The translations under genes and the position numbers were made by a program. Shown here piece after piece: positions 40,480 through 51,577 of a DNA stretch of 64,000 bases. The notes below the pieces were generated by a model. It saw nothing but the letters and a program-made list of their open reading frames with translations. It did no database searches and was not told where the DNA came from. Source of the DNA: Gammaproteobacteria bacterium (GTDB taxonomy: Bacteria > Pseudomonadota > Gammaproteobacteria > Magnimaribacterales > AG-339-G14). The stretch covers positions 257,747 through 321,746 of the forward strand of contig BPAJ01000002.1 in the NCBI GenBank assembly GCA_019652555.1. The letters are read 5' to 3'. Every line of letters starts with the position of its first letter. Position 1 is the first letter of the stretch.

Positions 40480-41347
40480 TCTTCATTTTGATAAAGTTAA
40501 ATAAATCAGAAGGCATCAACGATTTCATATCATGTTTTTCAACAAAGCTATCTGCTGCGCTTGCATGCATATCAACTCCCAAGCAAGCGGCATCTATAGA
40601 CGATAAACCTTGAGCTATTAATCCAGAAACTAGTCCAGAGAGTACATCGCCCATGCCACCTACAGCCATGCCAGCATTACCTTTTTTACACACAAATGAA
40701 GTTCTTTTGTTACCAACCAATGTTTCATGACCTTTAAGAATGACCGTTGCATTGTATTTATCGCAAAGCTTAGCTAATGCTAGTGATCTATTTTTTTGAA
40801 TCGTCGAAACCTTTGTCTTAAGCAATCGTGCTGCTTCTCCTGGATGAGGTGTGAGGATTAATTTTTTTGGTAACTTAATTTTTAGTCTATTTTCAGAGAG
40901 GATATTTAATCCATCTGCATCAATCAAAATCGGTAGATTTTCTTTTGCTGCAAAGTTTGTTGTTTTATAAAGCATCTGATCAGCCCAGTAATTTCTACCC
41001 AATCCTGGACCGATACAAATGACTGTTTTATTAGGTAAGTGATTTTCTAAGTCAGATATGCTTTCCACGGTTTTTGACATAACTTCTGGACAATATGCCA
41101 AAGCAGCTGACAGATGGTCTTTTCTCGTTGCCAAGGTCGCCAAACCTGCACCACTTGCAAGAACTGCCTTTGAGGAAAGAAGGGCAGCACCACCAAAACC
41201 AAGATTTCCTGCAATGACTAAAACATGACCGTAGTCTCCTTTGTTGGAATTAGGGTTTCTGACGAGCTTTTTTTCGATATTTTTAGATTTAAATTCTTTG
41301 ATTTTCAATTTGTATAAAAATTTATTAAATATATTATGTACAAACAA
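40472..41347 (-). CDS. nnrD: ADP-dependent NAD(P)H-hydrate dehydratase, stand-alone; start may be TTG 41308
   Basis: NKGDYGHVL, GPGLG, DADGL, TPHPGEAARL, GGMGDVLSG. Confidence 0.92.
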   Translation of the reverse strand: MFVHNIFNKFLYKLKIKEFKSKNIEKKLVRNPNSNKGDYGHVLVIAGNLGFGGAALLSSKAVLASGAGLATLATRKDHLSAALAYCPEVMSKTVESISDLENHLPNKTVICIGPGLGRNYWADQMLYKTTNFAAKENLPILIDADGLNILSENRLKIKLPKKLILTPHPGEAARLLKTKVSTIQKNRSLALAKLCDKYNATVILKGHETLVGNKRTSFVCKKGNAGMAVGGMGDVLSGLVSGLIAQGLSSIDAACLGVDMHASAADSFVEKHDMKSLMPSDLFNFIKMKNE

Positions 41348-41367
41348 TCCTGAAATCTAAAATTTAT

Positions 41368-42237
41368 ATGTCAGAAAAAGATTCCAAAGATATCAAAGTA
41401 GAGAGAAATCCTAAGATCAACATTCAAGAAGCTGATCCCTCTTTACCGCCTTCAGAACCTAAACCTGCAGCTACGGTGTTGCTGGTTAGAACTATCGAAG
41501 AAGCAGTAGAAGTTTTCATGATACAAAGATCAATCAAAACAAATTTTGGCGGTGCGTGGGTATTTCCTGGCGGGAAGCTCGATGAATATGATTTAAAAGA
41601 TGACATCAACAATTACTGTCGTGGATTGACTGACGAAGTCGCATCTCAATTATTAGGTGTTAAATCAGGCGGACTCAACTATTGGATAGCTTGCATCAGA
41701 GAATGTTTTGAGGAATGTGGCGTCTTGCTTGCTTATAGAAGCAGTGGCGAAGTCTTTGGCTCTTCAGACGAAAGTGAAAAAGAAATTCTTAAAGAGTATC
41801 GAGATAAATTAAATAAAGGGGAGCCGGTTTTATTGGAATTGTGCCAAAAGTTGGACTTGCAACTTGCTGTTGATCGCCTCGCTTACATCTCACATTGGGT
41901 TACACCAAAATCCGAAGCTAAAAGATACAGCACGCATTTTTTCATTGCGTTATTTCCGGAAGGTCAAATTGCAAAGCACGATGGCAGCGAAGGCGTAAAA
42001 AGTATTTGGATCAAACCTGAGGATGCTCTCGCTCAGGGAGAAAAGGGCGAGTTTCCAATAATTTTCCCAACCATCAAGAATTTAGAATCCATTAGAGGTT
42101 TCACTGACACTGAAACACTGTTAAAGAATAAAGTGGAAGACCAAAATAATATTGTGACTGTGGAGCCAAAAATATTTATGCAGGATGGAAAAATGGTCTT
42201 GCTTATGCCAGGAGATGAAGGTTATGACGATCACTGA
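41368..42237 (+). CDS. NUDIX hydrolase (NUDT19-like)
   Basis: PAATVLL, VFPGG, IRECFEECG, HWVTP..KRYSTHFF. Confidence 0.85.
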   Translation: MSEKDSKDIKVERNPKINIQEADPSLPPSEPKPAATVLLVRTIEEAVEVFMIQRSIKTNFGGAWVFPGGKLDEYDLKDDINNYCRGLTDEVASQLLGVKSGGLNYWIACIRECFEECGVLLAYRSSGEVFGSSDESEKEILKEYRDKLNKGEPVLLELCQKLDLQLAVDRLAYISHWVTPKSEAKRYSTHFFIALFPEGQIAKHDGSEGVKSIWIKPEDALAQGEKGEFPIIFPTIKNLESIRGFTDTETLLKNKVEDQNNIVTVEPKIFMQDGKMVLLMPGDEGYDDH

Positions 42238-43039
42238 GTTATCGCCATTAGTCAGAAGAATTACAGCAGGTAATTCCAGCGTCTTTACCGGTCCTGGAAC
42301 GAATACTTATCTTGTAGGTAAAGAAGAAATCACGGTTATTGATCCAGGTCCTGCAATGCCAGAGCACATTGAAAATATTGCTAAAGCTTGTGGTGATGAC
42401 ATCAAGCAAATACTAGTGACTCACACTCATCCCGATCATTCTCCTGGAGCTAAGTTACTGCACCAAAGAACAGCAGCACCGGTTATGGGTATGTATGCCC
42501 TTCATAAACAAACTCAGGATAAAACTTTCAAAGCCAATAAAGTTTTAGAGGATGGAGATGAAATTAGAGAAATTGAGTACACCTTGAAAGCTATTCATAC
42601 TCCAGGACATGCTTCAAATCACCTTTGTTATCTCTTAGAAGAAGAGAAAATGATCTTTACAGGCGATCACATTATGGAAGGCTCCACAGTAGTCATAGGA
42701 CCACCTGATGGCAATATGAAGCAATACATTGAGTCCCTAGAAAAACTCAAACAATTTGATATCTCCATGATTGCACCAGGGCATGGAAATCTCATGAAAG
42801 ATCCTAAAAGCGTTGTAGATTGGATTGTCAGTCATAGAATGTTTAGAGAGAAGAAAGTTGTAGACGCTCTGACAGAATTTTCAAAAGCCAACTTAGATCA
42901 ATTGGTTGAAAAGGTTTACGATGATGTCGATGAAAGGCTACATGGTATTGCAAGAGCTTCTCTATTGGCTCACTTGAATAAATTAATTGAAGAAGATAAA
43001 GCTGTAAGCAAAGGTGAAGAGTTTCACTGGAAAGGTTAA
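42224..43039 (+). CDS. Metallo-beta-lactamase-fold hydrolase (LACTB2-like)
   Basis: GPGTNTY, THTHPDH, TPGHASNH, FTGDH, PGHG, LLAHL. Confidence 0.88.
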   Translation: MTITELSPLVRRITAGNSSVFTGPGTNTYLVGKEEITVIDPGPAMPEHIENIAKACGDDIKQILVTHTHPDHSPGAKLLHQRTAAPVMGMYALHKQTQDKTFKANKVLEDGDEIREIEYTLKAIHTPGHASNHLCYLLEEEKMIFTGDHIMEGSTVVIGPPDGNMKQYIESLEKLKQFDISMIAPGHGNLMKDPKSVVDWIVSHRMFREKKVVDALTEFSKANLDQLVEKVYDDVDERLHGIARASLLAHLNKLIEEDKAVSKGEEFHWKG

Positions 43040-43665
43040 TCTTTAAACCTTACTCCACAACCGCCATGTCCACAGTAGCCATTAGGATTCTTCGCCAAAT
43101 ATTGTTGGTGGTAATCTTCAGCATAGAATTCTTCTGAAACGGGTAAGATTTCCGTGACAATTTCACCAAAGCCATTGGCGTCTAATTTTGCTTGATAAAT
43201 TTCTTTGGTTTTGAGGGCCAGTTCTTCTTGAGCTTTATCAAAAAAATAAATTCCAGAACGATATTGCGTGCCTACATCACCACCTTGGCGCATGAATTGG
43301 GTAGGATCGTGTCCCTCCCAAAAGACTTGCAACAATTCTTCTAAATTGGAAGCATCTTCATAAGTCACAAAAACAATTTCAGAATGTGCAGTTAATCCTG
43401 AACAAACTTCTTCATAAGTAGGGTTGGGCGTGTGTCCAGCAGCATAGCCAACACCGGTAACCTTGACACAATCCAAATCCCAAAACATTTTTTCTGCTCC
43501 CCAAAAGCAGCCCATACCAAAAAGTATTCTGGGACTATCTTGAGACATGCACTCGGACATAGGCGCACCTGTCACAAAGTGATTTTCTGGATTGTAAATT
43601 GCCTGAGTCCTACCAGGCAGACAATCTTCTTTTATAGGTATTTCTAAACTTTTAAATCCAAACAT
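43036..43665 (-). CDS. msrA: Peptide methionine sulfoxide reductase A
   Basis: GMGCFWGAE, NPTYEEVCSG, GTQYRSG, AEDYHQQYL. Confidence 0.97.
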   Translation of the reverse strand: MFGFKSLEIPIKEDCLPGRTQAIYNPENHFVTGAPMSECMSQDSPRILFGMGCFWGAEKMFWDLDCVKVTGVGYAAGHTPNPTYEEVCSGLTAHSEIVFVTYEDASNLEELLQVFWEGHDPTQFMRQGGDVGTQYRSGIYFFDKAQEELALKTKEIYQAKLDANGFGEIVTEILPVSEEFYAEDYHQQYLAKNPNGYCGHGGCGVRFKD

Positions 43666-45594
43666 TTATTTATTTAATCTTTCTTTGATCAAGATGTCTA
43701 CGATACTGGGATCAGCAAGGGTAGTGGTATCTCCCAAATTGTCCAATTCGTTTTCTGCAATTTTTCTTAAAATCCTACGCATGATTTTTCCTGATCGCGT
43801 TTTAGGTAAATCGTAACAGAATTGAATGGAATCCGGTTTTGCAATGGGACCAATTTCTTTAACGATGAGTCCAATTAATTCTTGATGGATTTCATCCGAA
43901 GCTTGTGCTTCTTTCATAAGGTTCACATAACAATAAATTCCTTGTCCCTTGATTTCATGTTCAAAACCAACTACCGCAGCTTCTGCGACTGCTTCGTGCA
44001 AAACCAAAGCACTCTCTATTTCTGCAGTACCCAAGCGATGCCCAGAGACATTTAAGACATCATCAACTCGTCCTGTGATTCTATAAAAACCATCCGCATC
44101 TCGCTCAGCGCCATCTCCTGTGAAATAAAAACCTTTGTAAGTTGAATAGTAGGTTTCAACACATCTTTGATGATCTCCATAAACCGTTCTGATTTGTGAT
44201 GGCCAAGAACTTTTGACAACCAGATTGCCTTTACCCGGTCCTTCGATTTCATTGCCTTCTTCATCCACAAGCGCAGGATTTATTCCAAGGAAAGGTTTAC
44301 CTGCACAACCAGGTTTTTGATCAGAAAATCCTGCCAAACCGGAAATCATGATACTGCCAGTCTCGGTTTGCCACCAAGTATCGACTATTGGACATTTGCC
44401 TTTGCCAACCTCATGGTAATACCACTCCCAGGCTTCTGGATTTATAGGTTCTCCAACCGTACCCAATACCTCCAAAGATTCTCTCGAAGAGGATTGCAAA
44501 GGCTCATTGCCATGGGCCATAAGCGCTCTAATCGCAGTAGGAGCGGTGTAGAAAATATTAACTTGATGTTTATCAATCACATTCCAGAATCTGGAAACAT
44601 CGGGGAATGTCGGTATACCCTCAAACATCAAAGTAGTTGAGGCATTTGCTAAAGGACCATAGACAATATAAGTATGACCTGTAACCCAGCCTACGTCAGC
44701 GGTGCACCAGTAAATACTGTCTTCTTTTAAATTGAAAATGTATTTGTGACTCAAGGCTGCACCCAACAAATATCCTCCGGTGGTGTGGAGGACTCCTTTG
44801 GGTTTTCCTGTCGAACCTGAAGTATAAAGAATGAAAAGCGGGTCTTCGGCATCCATCTCTTCACAAGGACAATCTGCATCAAAGTTTTCAATGTCTTGGT
44901 AATAGTCGACATCCACTTCATTTTCTTTGTTAAGAGCTCTTTCCGTTCGATTTACGACAATTACGCTGTGCACATTAGGACAGTCCTTCAGAGCTTCATC
45001 CACATTATTTTTTAGCGGGACAAGTTTTCCTCCTCTGATTCCTTCGTTTGCGGTTATGACTGCGGTGCAATCCGAGTCTAAAATTCTATCTTTCAGGGAT
45101 TCGATGGAAAATCCTCCAAAAACCACTGAGTGAATCGCACCAATTCTGGCACAAGCCAACATCGCATAAGCCGCCTCAGGAATCATAGGCATGTAAATGC
45201 AAACTCGATCACCTTTTTTTATATTTCTGGATTTTAAGAGGTTGGCGAACTGACAAACGTTCTTATGCAACTCTTGAAAGGAAATTTCTTTACTATCATT
45301 AGGATCATCGCCTTCCCAAATGATTGCAGTTTTGTTCGCATGATTTTCCAAGTGACGGTCAACACAATTAAAACAAGCATTCAATTTTCCTGTTTTGAAC
45401 CAAGCTACTTCGCCGGCTTCCAAATAAGATGCAGTCACTTCATCCCAATTTGAAAACCAGTCCAAGGTTTCTTCAGCTTTTTTTTGCCAGAAGCTCTCTG
45501 GATTATTTATTGACTCTTGATATTCAGTATTGAAATCTTCTTCAGAGATTATGGAATTTTTCTTTTTTGCTTCGCTTACCGAATAAGTCTTCAT
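43666..45594 (-). CDS. acs: Acetyl-CoA synthetase
   Basis: [32 protein letters not shown]. Confidence 0.97.
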   Translation of the reverse strand: MKTYSVSEAKKKNSIISEEDFNTEYQESINNPESFWQKKAEETLDWFSNWDEVTASYLEAGEVAWFKTGKLNACFNCVDRHLENHANKTAIIWEGDDPNDSKEISFQELHKNVCQFANLLKSRNIKKGDRVCIYMPMIPEAAYAMLACARIGAIHSVVFGGFSIESLKDRILDSDCTAVITANEGIRGGKLVPLKNNVDEALKDCPNVHSVIVVNRTERALNKENEVDVDYYQDIENFDADCPCEEMDAEDPLFILYTSGSTGKPKGVLHTTGGYLLGAALSHKYIFNLKEDSIYWCTADVGWVTGHTYIVYGPLANASTTLMFEGIPTFPDVSRFWNVIDKHQVNIFYTAPTAIRALMAHGNEPLQSSSRESLEVLGTVGEPINPEAWEWYYHEVGKGKCPIVDTWWQTETGSIMISGLAGFSDQKPGCAGKPFLGINPALVDEEGNEIEGPGKGNLVVKSSWPSQIRTVYGDHQRCVETYYSTYKGFYFTGDGAERDADGFYRITGRVDDVLNVSGHRLGTAEIESALVLHEAVAEAAVVGFEHEIKGQGIYCYVNLMKEAQASDEIHQELIGLIVKEIGPIAKPDSIQFCYDLPKTRSGKIMRRILRKIAENELDNLGDTTTLADPSIVDILIKERLNK

Positions 45595-45617
45595 TAAATA
45601 ATTCTATCTTGAAAACT

Positions 45618-46058
45618 TTAGTCAAAGCTAAAGTTTTTAAATTCTTGAGCTTGGCAATTTATTTCTTTGAGCGGGTTTATGAAAAAGTCTCGGTTTTGCC
45701 AATCATAGTGCGGCACTTTTAAAAGAGGCGTTTCTATTGTTTCATCATCAAAAAATACAATATCGATATCAATGGTTCGAGGTTTCATGTGAGAATCTTT
45801 TTCGCGTTTGAGTTTCGTTTCAATTTTTTGTAGATGCTCAAGAAGCACCAAAGGCGAGAACTTCGTTTCAACTTCCAAAGCTAGATTGAAAAAAAATGGC
45901 TGGTCAATTGGACCGTAAGCAGGAGACTTATAGATTTCGCTTTCTTTTAGAATTTTTGTTTCAGAAAGTGCTCTTATTTCTGTCTTGGCATTTTCGAGAT
46001 TTGTTGACCGATTTCCTAAGTTTGAGCCTAAAACCAAGTACGCAAGATGCAACGACAT
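45618..46058 (-). CDS. folK: 2-amino-4-hydroxy-6-hydroxymethyldihydropteridine diphosphokinase
   Basis: LGSNLG, PRTIDIDI, VPH. Confidence 0.93.
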   Translation of the reverse strand: MSLHLAYLVLGSNLGNRSTNLENAKTEIRALSETKILKESEIYKSPAYGPIDQPFFFNLALEVETKFSPLVLLEHLQKIETKLKREKDSHMKPRTIDIDIVFFDDETIETPLLKVPHYDWQNRDFFINPLKEINCQAQEFKNFSFD

Positions 46059-46666
46059 TAACCGAACTGTTGTTTCTCTTTAATTTCGTCGACGGTTTTG
46101 CAATCGATGCATTTGGTTGCAGTCGGTCTGGCTTCCAGTCTTTTGATACCAATTTCAACACCACAGGATTCACAATAACCGTAGAGATTATCCTCTAAGT
46201 CCTTCAGAGAAAGATCAATCTTTGCTATGAGTTTTCGTTCTCTTTCTCTTTTTCTTAATTCCAGCATAAATTCTTCTTCTTTTGCAGCACGATCCAAAGA
46301 ATCTGGAAAATTACTTTGATCTTGTTGAATTAATTGTTCAGTTTTTTCTTGTTCTTCAATAAGAGCTTCTTTCCAAGCGGTCAGCATTCCAAGAAAATGC
46401 TTCTGCTGATTTTTGTTCATGTATTTTTCTGATTTTTTTGACCTATAAGGTTGGAAATTCTTTAAGAAAGCTGAAAAATCCGTTGGAGAAGCGCTGACTT
46501 TAGCTGCCGCTTTTTTTGGTGCTTTTTTTGCAGCAGCTGCTTTTTTTACTGGTTTAGCTGGTTTCTTCGCAACGGTCTTTTTTACTGGTTTTTTTTGTAC
46601 CTTAGTTACTTTTTTAGCTGCAGGCTTTTTTGCTTTGGTTGGTTTTTTGGAATTTTTAGTAGCCAT
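46058..46666 (-). CDS. dksA: RNA polymerase-binding factor DksA with Lys/Ala/Pro-rich N-terminal extension
   Basis: FPDSLDRAAKEEE, YGYCESCG..IG.KRLEARPTATKCIDCK. Confidence 0.95.
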   Translation of the reverse strand: MATKNSKKPTKAKKPAAKKVTKVQKKPVKKTVAKKPAKPVKKAAAAKKAPKKAAAKVSASPTDFSAFLKNFQPYRSKKSEKYMNKNQQKHFLGMLTAWKEALIEEQEKTEQLIQQDQSNFPDSLDRAAKEEEFMLELRKRERERKLIAKIDLSLKDLEDNLYGYCESCGVEIGIKRLEARPTATKCIDCKTVDEIKEKQQFG

Positions 46667-46720
46667 AATTTTGAAGAGCAGAATTTATCAAAAGAAGATG
46701 AAAGTATCCAGTTAATTTTT

Positions 46721-47701
46721 TTATTTTTTAGAGAACTCCTTTAAATGTTCCATGTACTTATTTTTTTTAAGTCTTGGTCCAATTTCAGCAACCCCTTTTG
46801 AAGCCAGAAAGTTACCAAATCTTACTGATTCTGCGTTTTCCCAGCCTTCACTTAAACCGTGAATTACGCCACCCGCAAACATATCTCCAGCACCATTAGT
46901 GTCAACTGCCTTAGCTTCATAAGCGGATACCTCATAGGTTTGATTTTCTTCAAGAACCATAGTTGGGTTTACTCCGTTAGTGATAAAAATTGTTTTTGCA
47001 TAGTTTCGTAAGTCATCGAACTCATTGGCATCACAAAAAGTTTTTGCTTCTTCATGGTTACAAAATACGTAATCTATTTTCACGTTCATCCAAGATTTCA
47101 GTTCATCTTTGAAACCGGCCACAATTCCAGGATCAGAAAGACTCAAAGCTATTTTGATATTGGATTCGTGACAGCTTTTGATGAGTTTCTTTGCGGTATC
47201 TTTTGTATCAGGTGAAGTAACTACATAAGCTTCCATAAAGAGCAAATTTGTTGCAGAAACTTGCTCGAAATTTATTTCAGAAAATTTTGTTTCAGAACTC
47301 ACTCCTAGATAAGTATTCATTGTTCTTTCTGCATCCGGAGTAATTAAAACAATACAGTTACCGGTTTTACCATTTGATGATGTGATGCAGTTTGATATTT
47401 CAATGTTATTGTCTTTCAAATCGGCATTATAGATTGCGCCATCTTCATCTTCTGCAACTTTACCAATGAAGCCAGAACTGGTTCCCAAAGCTGCAGCTGC
47501 ATAAATACTATTAGTTGCTGACCCGCCACACGAAGATATTTGATCGTAATTTTGATTTTGTAGAAAAGTGAGTAGCTCATTCTGCTCCTCTTCAGAATTT
47601 AAAGTCATTAAACCTTTTTCAATACCTAGCGCATTTAGCGCATCATCTTTTATAAGAAATTGCTTATCGACTAGTGCTGCGCCAAAACCAATAACTTTCA
47701 T
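46721..47701 (-). CDS. PfkB-family kinase (adenosine kinase-like)
   Basis: GGSATNS, TPDAERTMNTYLG, DTNGAGDMFAGG. Confidence 0.88.
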   Translation of the reverse strand: MKVIGFGAALVDKQFLIKDDALNALGIEKGLMTLNSEEEQNELLTFLQNQNYDQISSCGGSATNSIYAAAALGTSSGFIGKVAEDEDGAIYNADLKDNNIEISNCITSSNGKTGNCIVLITPDAERTMNTYLGVSSETKFSEINFEQVSATNLLFMEAYVVTSPDTKDTAKKLIKSCHESNIKIALSLSDPGIVAGFKDELKSWMNVKIDYVFCNHEEAKTFCDANEFDDLRNYAKTIFITNGVNPTMVLEENQTYEVSAYEAKAVDTNGAGDMFAGGVIHGLSEGWENAESVRFGNFLASKGVAEIGPRLKKNKYMEHLKEFSKK

Positions 47702-48324
47702 AACCTTTTATACTCATTTAAAACATGTTGAGGATTTTTAAAGAGGGCTTCACTTAGAGCAAAACAAGAATAGCCTAAACTCCTAACTTCCCCGATGTTT
47801 TTTTTATTGATACCTCCAATAGCCACGAGAGGCTTATCAGTATAGCTTAGGAATTTTCTTTTTACGCTCTCATTTGTCTCCGGAATAGTTGACTTAGTAT
47901 TGGATGGATAAAAAGACCCAACTGCCAAATAAGTCCATTTGATTTCATTTTCAGGAGGATTGACCACCAACTCCTTATTCCATTTGCAAGATAAGCCGCA
48001 TATCAAATTTTTTGAAATAAATTCTTTATTCTTTTTTAAGAGGTCTACGTTTCCTTCAGATGAGTAATCCTCTAAACCCAGGTGAAAGCCATCGGCACTT
48101 ATTTCCAAGCAAATTTCAACGTGATCATTGATAACTAACTTGGCTCCATATTTTTTGGTCAATTTCAAAAGCGCATGAGCTTTTTCTTGAAGAGTCTTTT
48201 TATCAAGAATTTTGTCTCTGTACTGAATGAGTTTAATTCCTTCTTTGAGCAAGACTTCGGTTTTAGTAAGCAAATCGTTTTCTTCCAAGCCAGAAGGTGT
48301 AATTGCATAAAGTCCTTGGATCAT
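47698..48324 (-). CDS. thiE: Thiamine-phosphate synthase
   Basis: GLYAIT, IQYRDK, INDH, DGFHLG, FYPSNTK, VAIGGI. Confidence 0.9.
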   Translation of the reverse strand: MIQGLYAITPSGLEENDLLTKTEVLLKEGIKLIQYRDKILDKKTLQEKAHALLKLTKKYGAKLVINDHVEICLEISADGFHLGLEDYSSEGNVDLLKKNKEFISKNLICGLSCKWNKELVVNPPENEIKWTYLAVGSFYPSNTKSTIPETNESVKRKFLSYTDKPLVAIGGINKKNIGEVRSLGYSCFALSEALFKNPQHVLNEYKRL

Positions 48325-48326
48325 TA

Positions 48327-49088
48327 TTAGATTTTAAGAATATTCTGATGAATATGATTTCTTGAGTTTTTTACTAAAACTCTCATGAGGTTTTGTGATT
48401 TCGAACAAGCTTCCTTCAAACTTTTTTTATTTGCCAAAAAGCATAGGATGGATGTTGATAAAGCACACCCGCTACCATGAATGGTAGTTTTAATCTTAGG
48501 AACTTCATCGATATTTACTAACTCGCCTTTTGAGTAGAGATGATTTCTAATTTTTCCTTTTTTTAATTCTCCAGTTACATAAACATTTTCAATGCCTTGA
48601 TTCAGTAAAAATAAAATACCATCAAAAATATTTTTTTTGTTTGTGAGTGTTTTCAATTCGTAAATATTTGGCGTTAATAAAGTCGCTTTCCTATAGAGCT
48701 TTTGCATGAGTAGATTCAGATCTTTTTTCAAAAAAAGTTTTTTTCCAGTTCCTGTTTTTAAAATGGGATCAATGACTACAAATTCAGGTTTGTTTGAAGC
48801 AATTAAGCTACCCAATTTATGAGCTATTTTGATGTTTGGGACCAAGCCAATCTTGAAATACTTCAGTGAAAAGTTTTTTAAAAGATTGTTAAAAGATGCT
48901 TGAATATATTTTTCCTCTTGAGGAATAATTTTTTCAAAACTTTTTAAATTTTGAATAGTCTCACAAGTGAGAATTGAGAGACAATGCTTGCCGTGATGAT
49001 TTGCTATTTGCGCATCAACTTGAATTCCAGCTCCACCCGTGGGGTCGTGTCCGGCAATAGATAGAATTAGGTTGTCATCCTTGATCAT
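48327..49088 (-). CDS. thiD: Hydroxymethylpyrimidine/phosphomethylpyrimidine kinase
   Basis: IAGHDPTGGAGIQVD, IDPI, TPN, HGSGC. Confidence 0.9.
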   Translation of the reverse strand: MIKDDNLILSIAGHDPTGGAGIQVDAQIANHHGKHCLSILTCETIQNLKSFEKIIPQEEKYIQASFNNLLKNFSLKYFKIGLVPNIKIAHKLGSLIASNKPEFVVIDPILKTGTGKKLFLKKDLNLLMQKLYRKATLLTPNIYELKTLTNKKNIFDGILFLLNQGIENVYVTGELKKGKIRNHLYSKGELVNIDEVPKIKTTIHGSGCALSTSILCFLANKKSLKEACSKSQNLMRVLVKNSRNHIHQNILKI

Positions 49089-49129
49089 GCAATAAAGTAT
49101 AATGTTTTTGCAAAATTAAAAATAAATAA

Positions 49130-50110
49130 ATGTCTTTAAATATTGGAATAGTTGGCGCTACAGGCTATGTGGGAGAGGAGCTTGCTTCGATTATCGAATC
49201 TAGGGAAGATTTAAGTCTTGCCTTTGTCTCTTCTTTTTCGCATGAAGGAAAGAAATACAAAGAGATCTATTCAAAAACGAATAGTAAATTAGTTTTACAA
49301 CCTATAGATCAAATGCCTGACAATCTTGATTATGTTTTTTTTGCGACCAAACATGACTACTCAATGGACTATGTTCCGGAGATTTTAAAAAAAGGTGTAA
49401 AAGTTATTGATCTATCAGCAGATTTTAGACTATCAAATGGAAAACTTTGGCAAGAAACTTATGACAGCAAACATAGGGCAGATGATCTTCTGCCTCAAGC
49501 TATATATGGCTTACCTGAACATTCTGCAGAAAAAATTAAAGCAGCAAATTTAGTCGCAGTACCTGGATGTTATCCAACTGCTTCCATACTTGGATTACTT
49601 CCAGTCATTCCATACTTACAACAAAATTCAAAAATTATTTTGGATGCTAAATCTGGAATAAGTGGGGCTGGCAAATCTTCCGTAGAAAATGGTCTTGAAG
49701 AGGATATCAAAGAAAATTTTAAATCTTATAATGTTGGTTTTCATAGACACCAACCGGAAATAAAAGACTTCTTAAAAACAGAATTCAATCTTGATCATGA
49801 GATCATTTTCATCCCACATCTTTTACCGCTTTTTAGAGGAGAATACGTGACGCTTTATTGTGAAGTCAGCCAAAATGATTTAGACCTAAATGAATTGTAT
49901 GAAAGTTATTATGAGAAGCATAAATTAGTGAGGGTCAAAGAAAAGGGAGAAATTGCTGAAATCAAAGAGGTAATTAATACATTCTATTGTGATATATCCG
50001 TTTCATATGCTTTTCAAAGTAATACAATTGTTGTTAATTCGGCAATTGATAACCTTTTAAAGGGTGCCGCAAGCCAAGCTATACAATGTTTGGATATAAT
50101 GAGTAGCTGA
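49130..50110 (+). CDS. argC: N-acetyl-gamma-glutamyl-phosphate reductase
   Basis: [42 protein letters not shown]. Confidence 0.96.
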   Translation: MSLNIGIVGATGYVGEELASIIESREDLSLAFVSSFSHEGKKYKEIYSKTNSKLVLQPIDQMPDNLDYVFFATKHDYSMDYVPEILKKGVKVIDLSADFRLSNGKLWQETYDSKHRADDLLPQAIYGLPEHSAEKIKAANLVAVPGCYPTASILGLLPVIPYLQQNSKIILDAKSGISGAGKSSVENGLEEDIKENFKSYNVGFHRHQPEIKDFLKTEFNLDHEIIFIPHLLPLFRGEYVTLYCEVSQNDLDLNELYESYYEKHKLVRVKEKGEIAEIKEVINTFYCDISVSYAFQSNTIVVNSAIDNLLKGAASQAIQCLDIMSS

Positions 50111-50111
50111 T

Positions 50112-50459
50112 ATGGTTGAAAAATTTGTTCCAAAAGAACTTAACATTACTGAAAATGCTGTTTTAAAGGTTAAAAACCTAATAGCTGAAGAAAACAAAAA
50201 AAATCTTCACCTCAGGGTTTTTGTTACCGGAGGAGGCTGTTCAGGTTTTCAATATGGTTTTAAGTTAGATGATAATGCTGAAGACGATGATACGGTCTTG
50301 AAAGAAGACGAAGTATCGGTATTGATTGATTCTCTAAGTATTCAATACCTTTTTGGATCAACTTTGGATTATGTAGAAAATTTAGAAGGATCTAAATTCA
50401 TCATTGAAAATCCAAATGCGACTACAACCTGCGGTTGTGGAGCTTCTTTTTCAATTTAG
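50112..50459 (+). CDS. erpA: A-type Fe-S carrier ErpA
   Basis: [23 protein letters not shown]. Confidence 0.93.
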   Translation: MVEKFVPKELNITENAVLKVKNLIAEENKKNLHLRVFVTGGGCSGFQYGFKLDDNAEDDDTVLKEDEVSVLIDSLSIQYLFGSTLDYVENLEGSKFIIENPNATTTCGCGASFSI

Positions 50460-51577
50460 TTTATTACTTCGCCCATCAAACAAGGTTTAGATCCGGTAAC
50501 GCTTGTTAGCTTAATTTTTTGTTTTTCTAGTCTTTTCTTTGCCAACCAGGCAAAAGTCATAGCTTCCACATCAAGCGGGTCAATTCCTAAATCTGAAGTT
50601 TTAAAGAATTGCAGATTTTCTATATGGAGTTCATTAAATCTATCCATTAAATAATTATTTTTTGTTCCACCACCACAAAAATAAATCTCATATTTTTTAT
50701 TACAGTATTTCTTTAGGTCTCTCAAAATTGATTGAAATGTAATCTCGGTTAAGCCTGAAATTAAGTCTTCGTCTTTAAGCTTCTTTATTTCTAATGGATC
50801 AAATTTAAATTTTCTTAAATCATAGTTTTCAACTGTCTGACTTTTAGGAATGGGTCTTTTAAAGTAACTCTCATTGAGAAATTTCTTGATGGTATTTTTC
50901 AATACATGAGGATTTCCTTTTTTTGCCAGGAATCCCTTGTTATCAAATTGCTTTTTTCCATTAGTAATATTTTTCATAGCTTGATCTATGAGGCAATTTC
51001 CAGGTCCAATGTCCCATCCAAGAACTTTTCCTTTTGCAGGCAGCAAAGTTACATTCGTTATTCCGCCAATATTGACAATTGCTCGATTAACTTTTGCTTG
51101 AGACATATACTCATTATGAAAAGCTGGTGTCAGGGGAGCACCCATTCCCCCGTTTGCTATATCGCTTTGTCGGAACCCATAAACTACTTTGATGCCTGTA
51201 AGCTTTCTGACTAACTCTGGATTTCCAATTTGCAAACTAAAAGGATTTTTTCTCGATGAGCTGTGTTTTATGGTCTGCCCATGACTTCCAATGGCTTTAA
51301 CCATTTGCTTATCTATCTTGGTTCTTTTAATAAGTTGGTTAACAGATTTACCTATAAGTTCACCTAGAATGTCATCTAACTCCGTTTGTCGCTTAGCGTA
51401 TTTAGTAATTTTTTTATTTAGGACAAGTTCAAATATTTTATTTTTAACTGCTTTAGGTATTTTTTTTGAAAAACGATCAATAACTTCAATCGAGTTTGAA
51501 AAATCAACTAATAAAGCATCTATAGAATCTGCTGAAGTTCCAGAGAGAACTCCAATATATAAATCAGACTTCGGCAT
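50456..51577 (-). CDS. anmK: Anhydro-N-acetylmuramic acid kinase
   Basis: [39 protein letters not shown]. Confidence 0.94.
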   Translation of the reverse strand: MPKSDLYIGVLSGTSADSIDALLVDFSNSIEVIDRFSKKIPKAVKNKIFELVLNKKITKYAKRQTELDDILGELIGKSVNQLIKRTKIDKQMVKAIGSHGQTIKHSSSRKNPFSLQIGNPELVRKLTGIKVVYGFRQSDIANGGMGAPLTPAFHNEYMSQAKVNRAIVNIGGITNVTLLPAKGKVLGWDIGPGNCLIDQAMKNITNGKKQFDNKGFLAKKGNPHVLKNTIKKFLNESYFKRPIPKSQTVENYDLRKFKFDPLEIKKLKDEDLISGLTEITFQSILRDLKKYCNKKYEIYFCGGGTKNNYLMDRFNELHIENLQFFKTSDLGIDPLDVEAMTFAWLAKKRLEKQKIKLTSVTGSKPCLMGEVIN

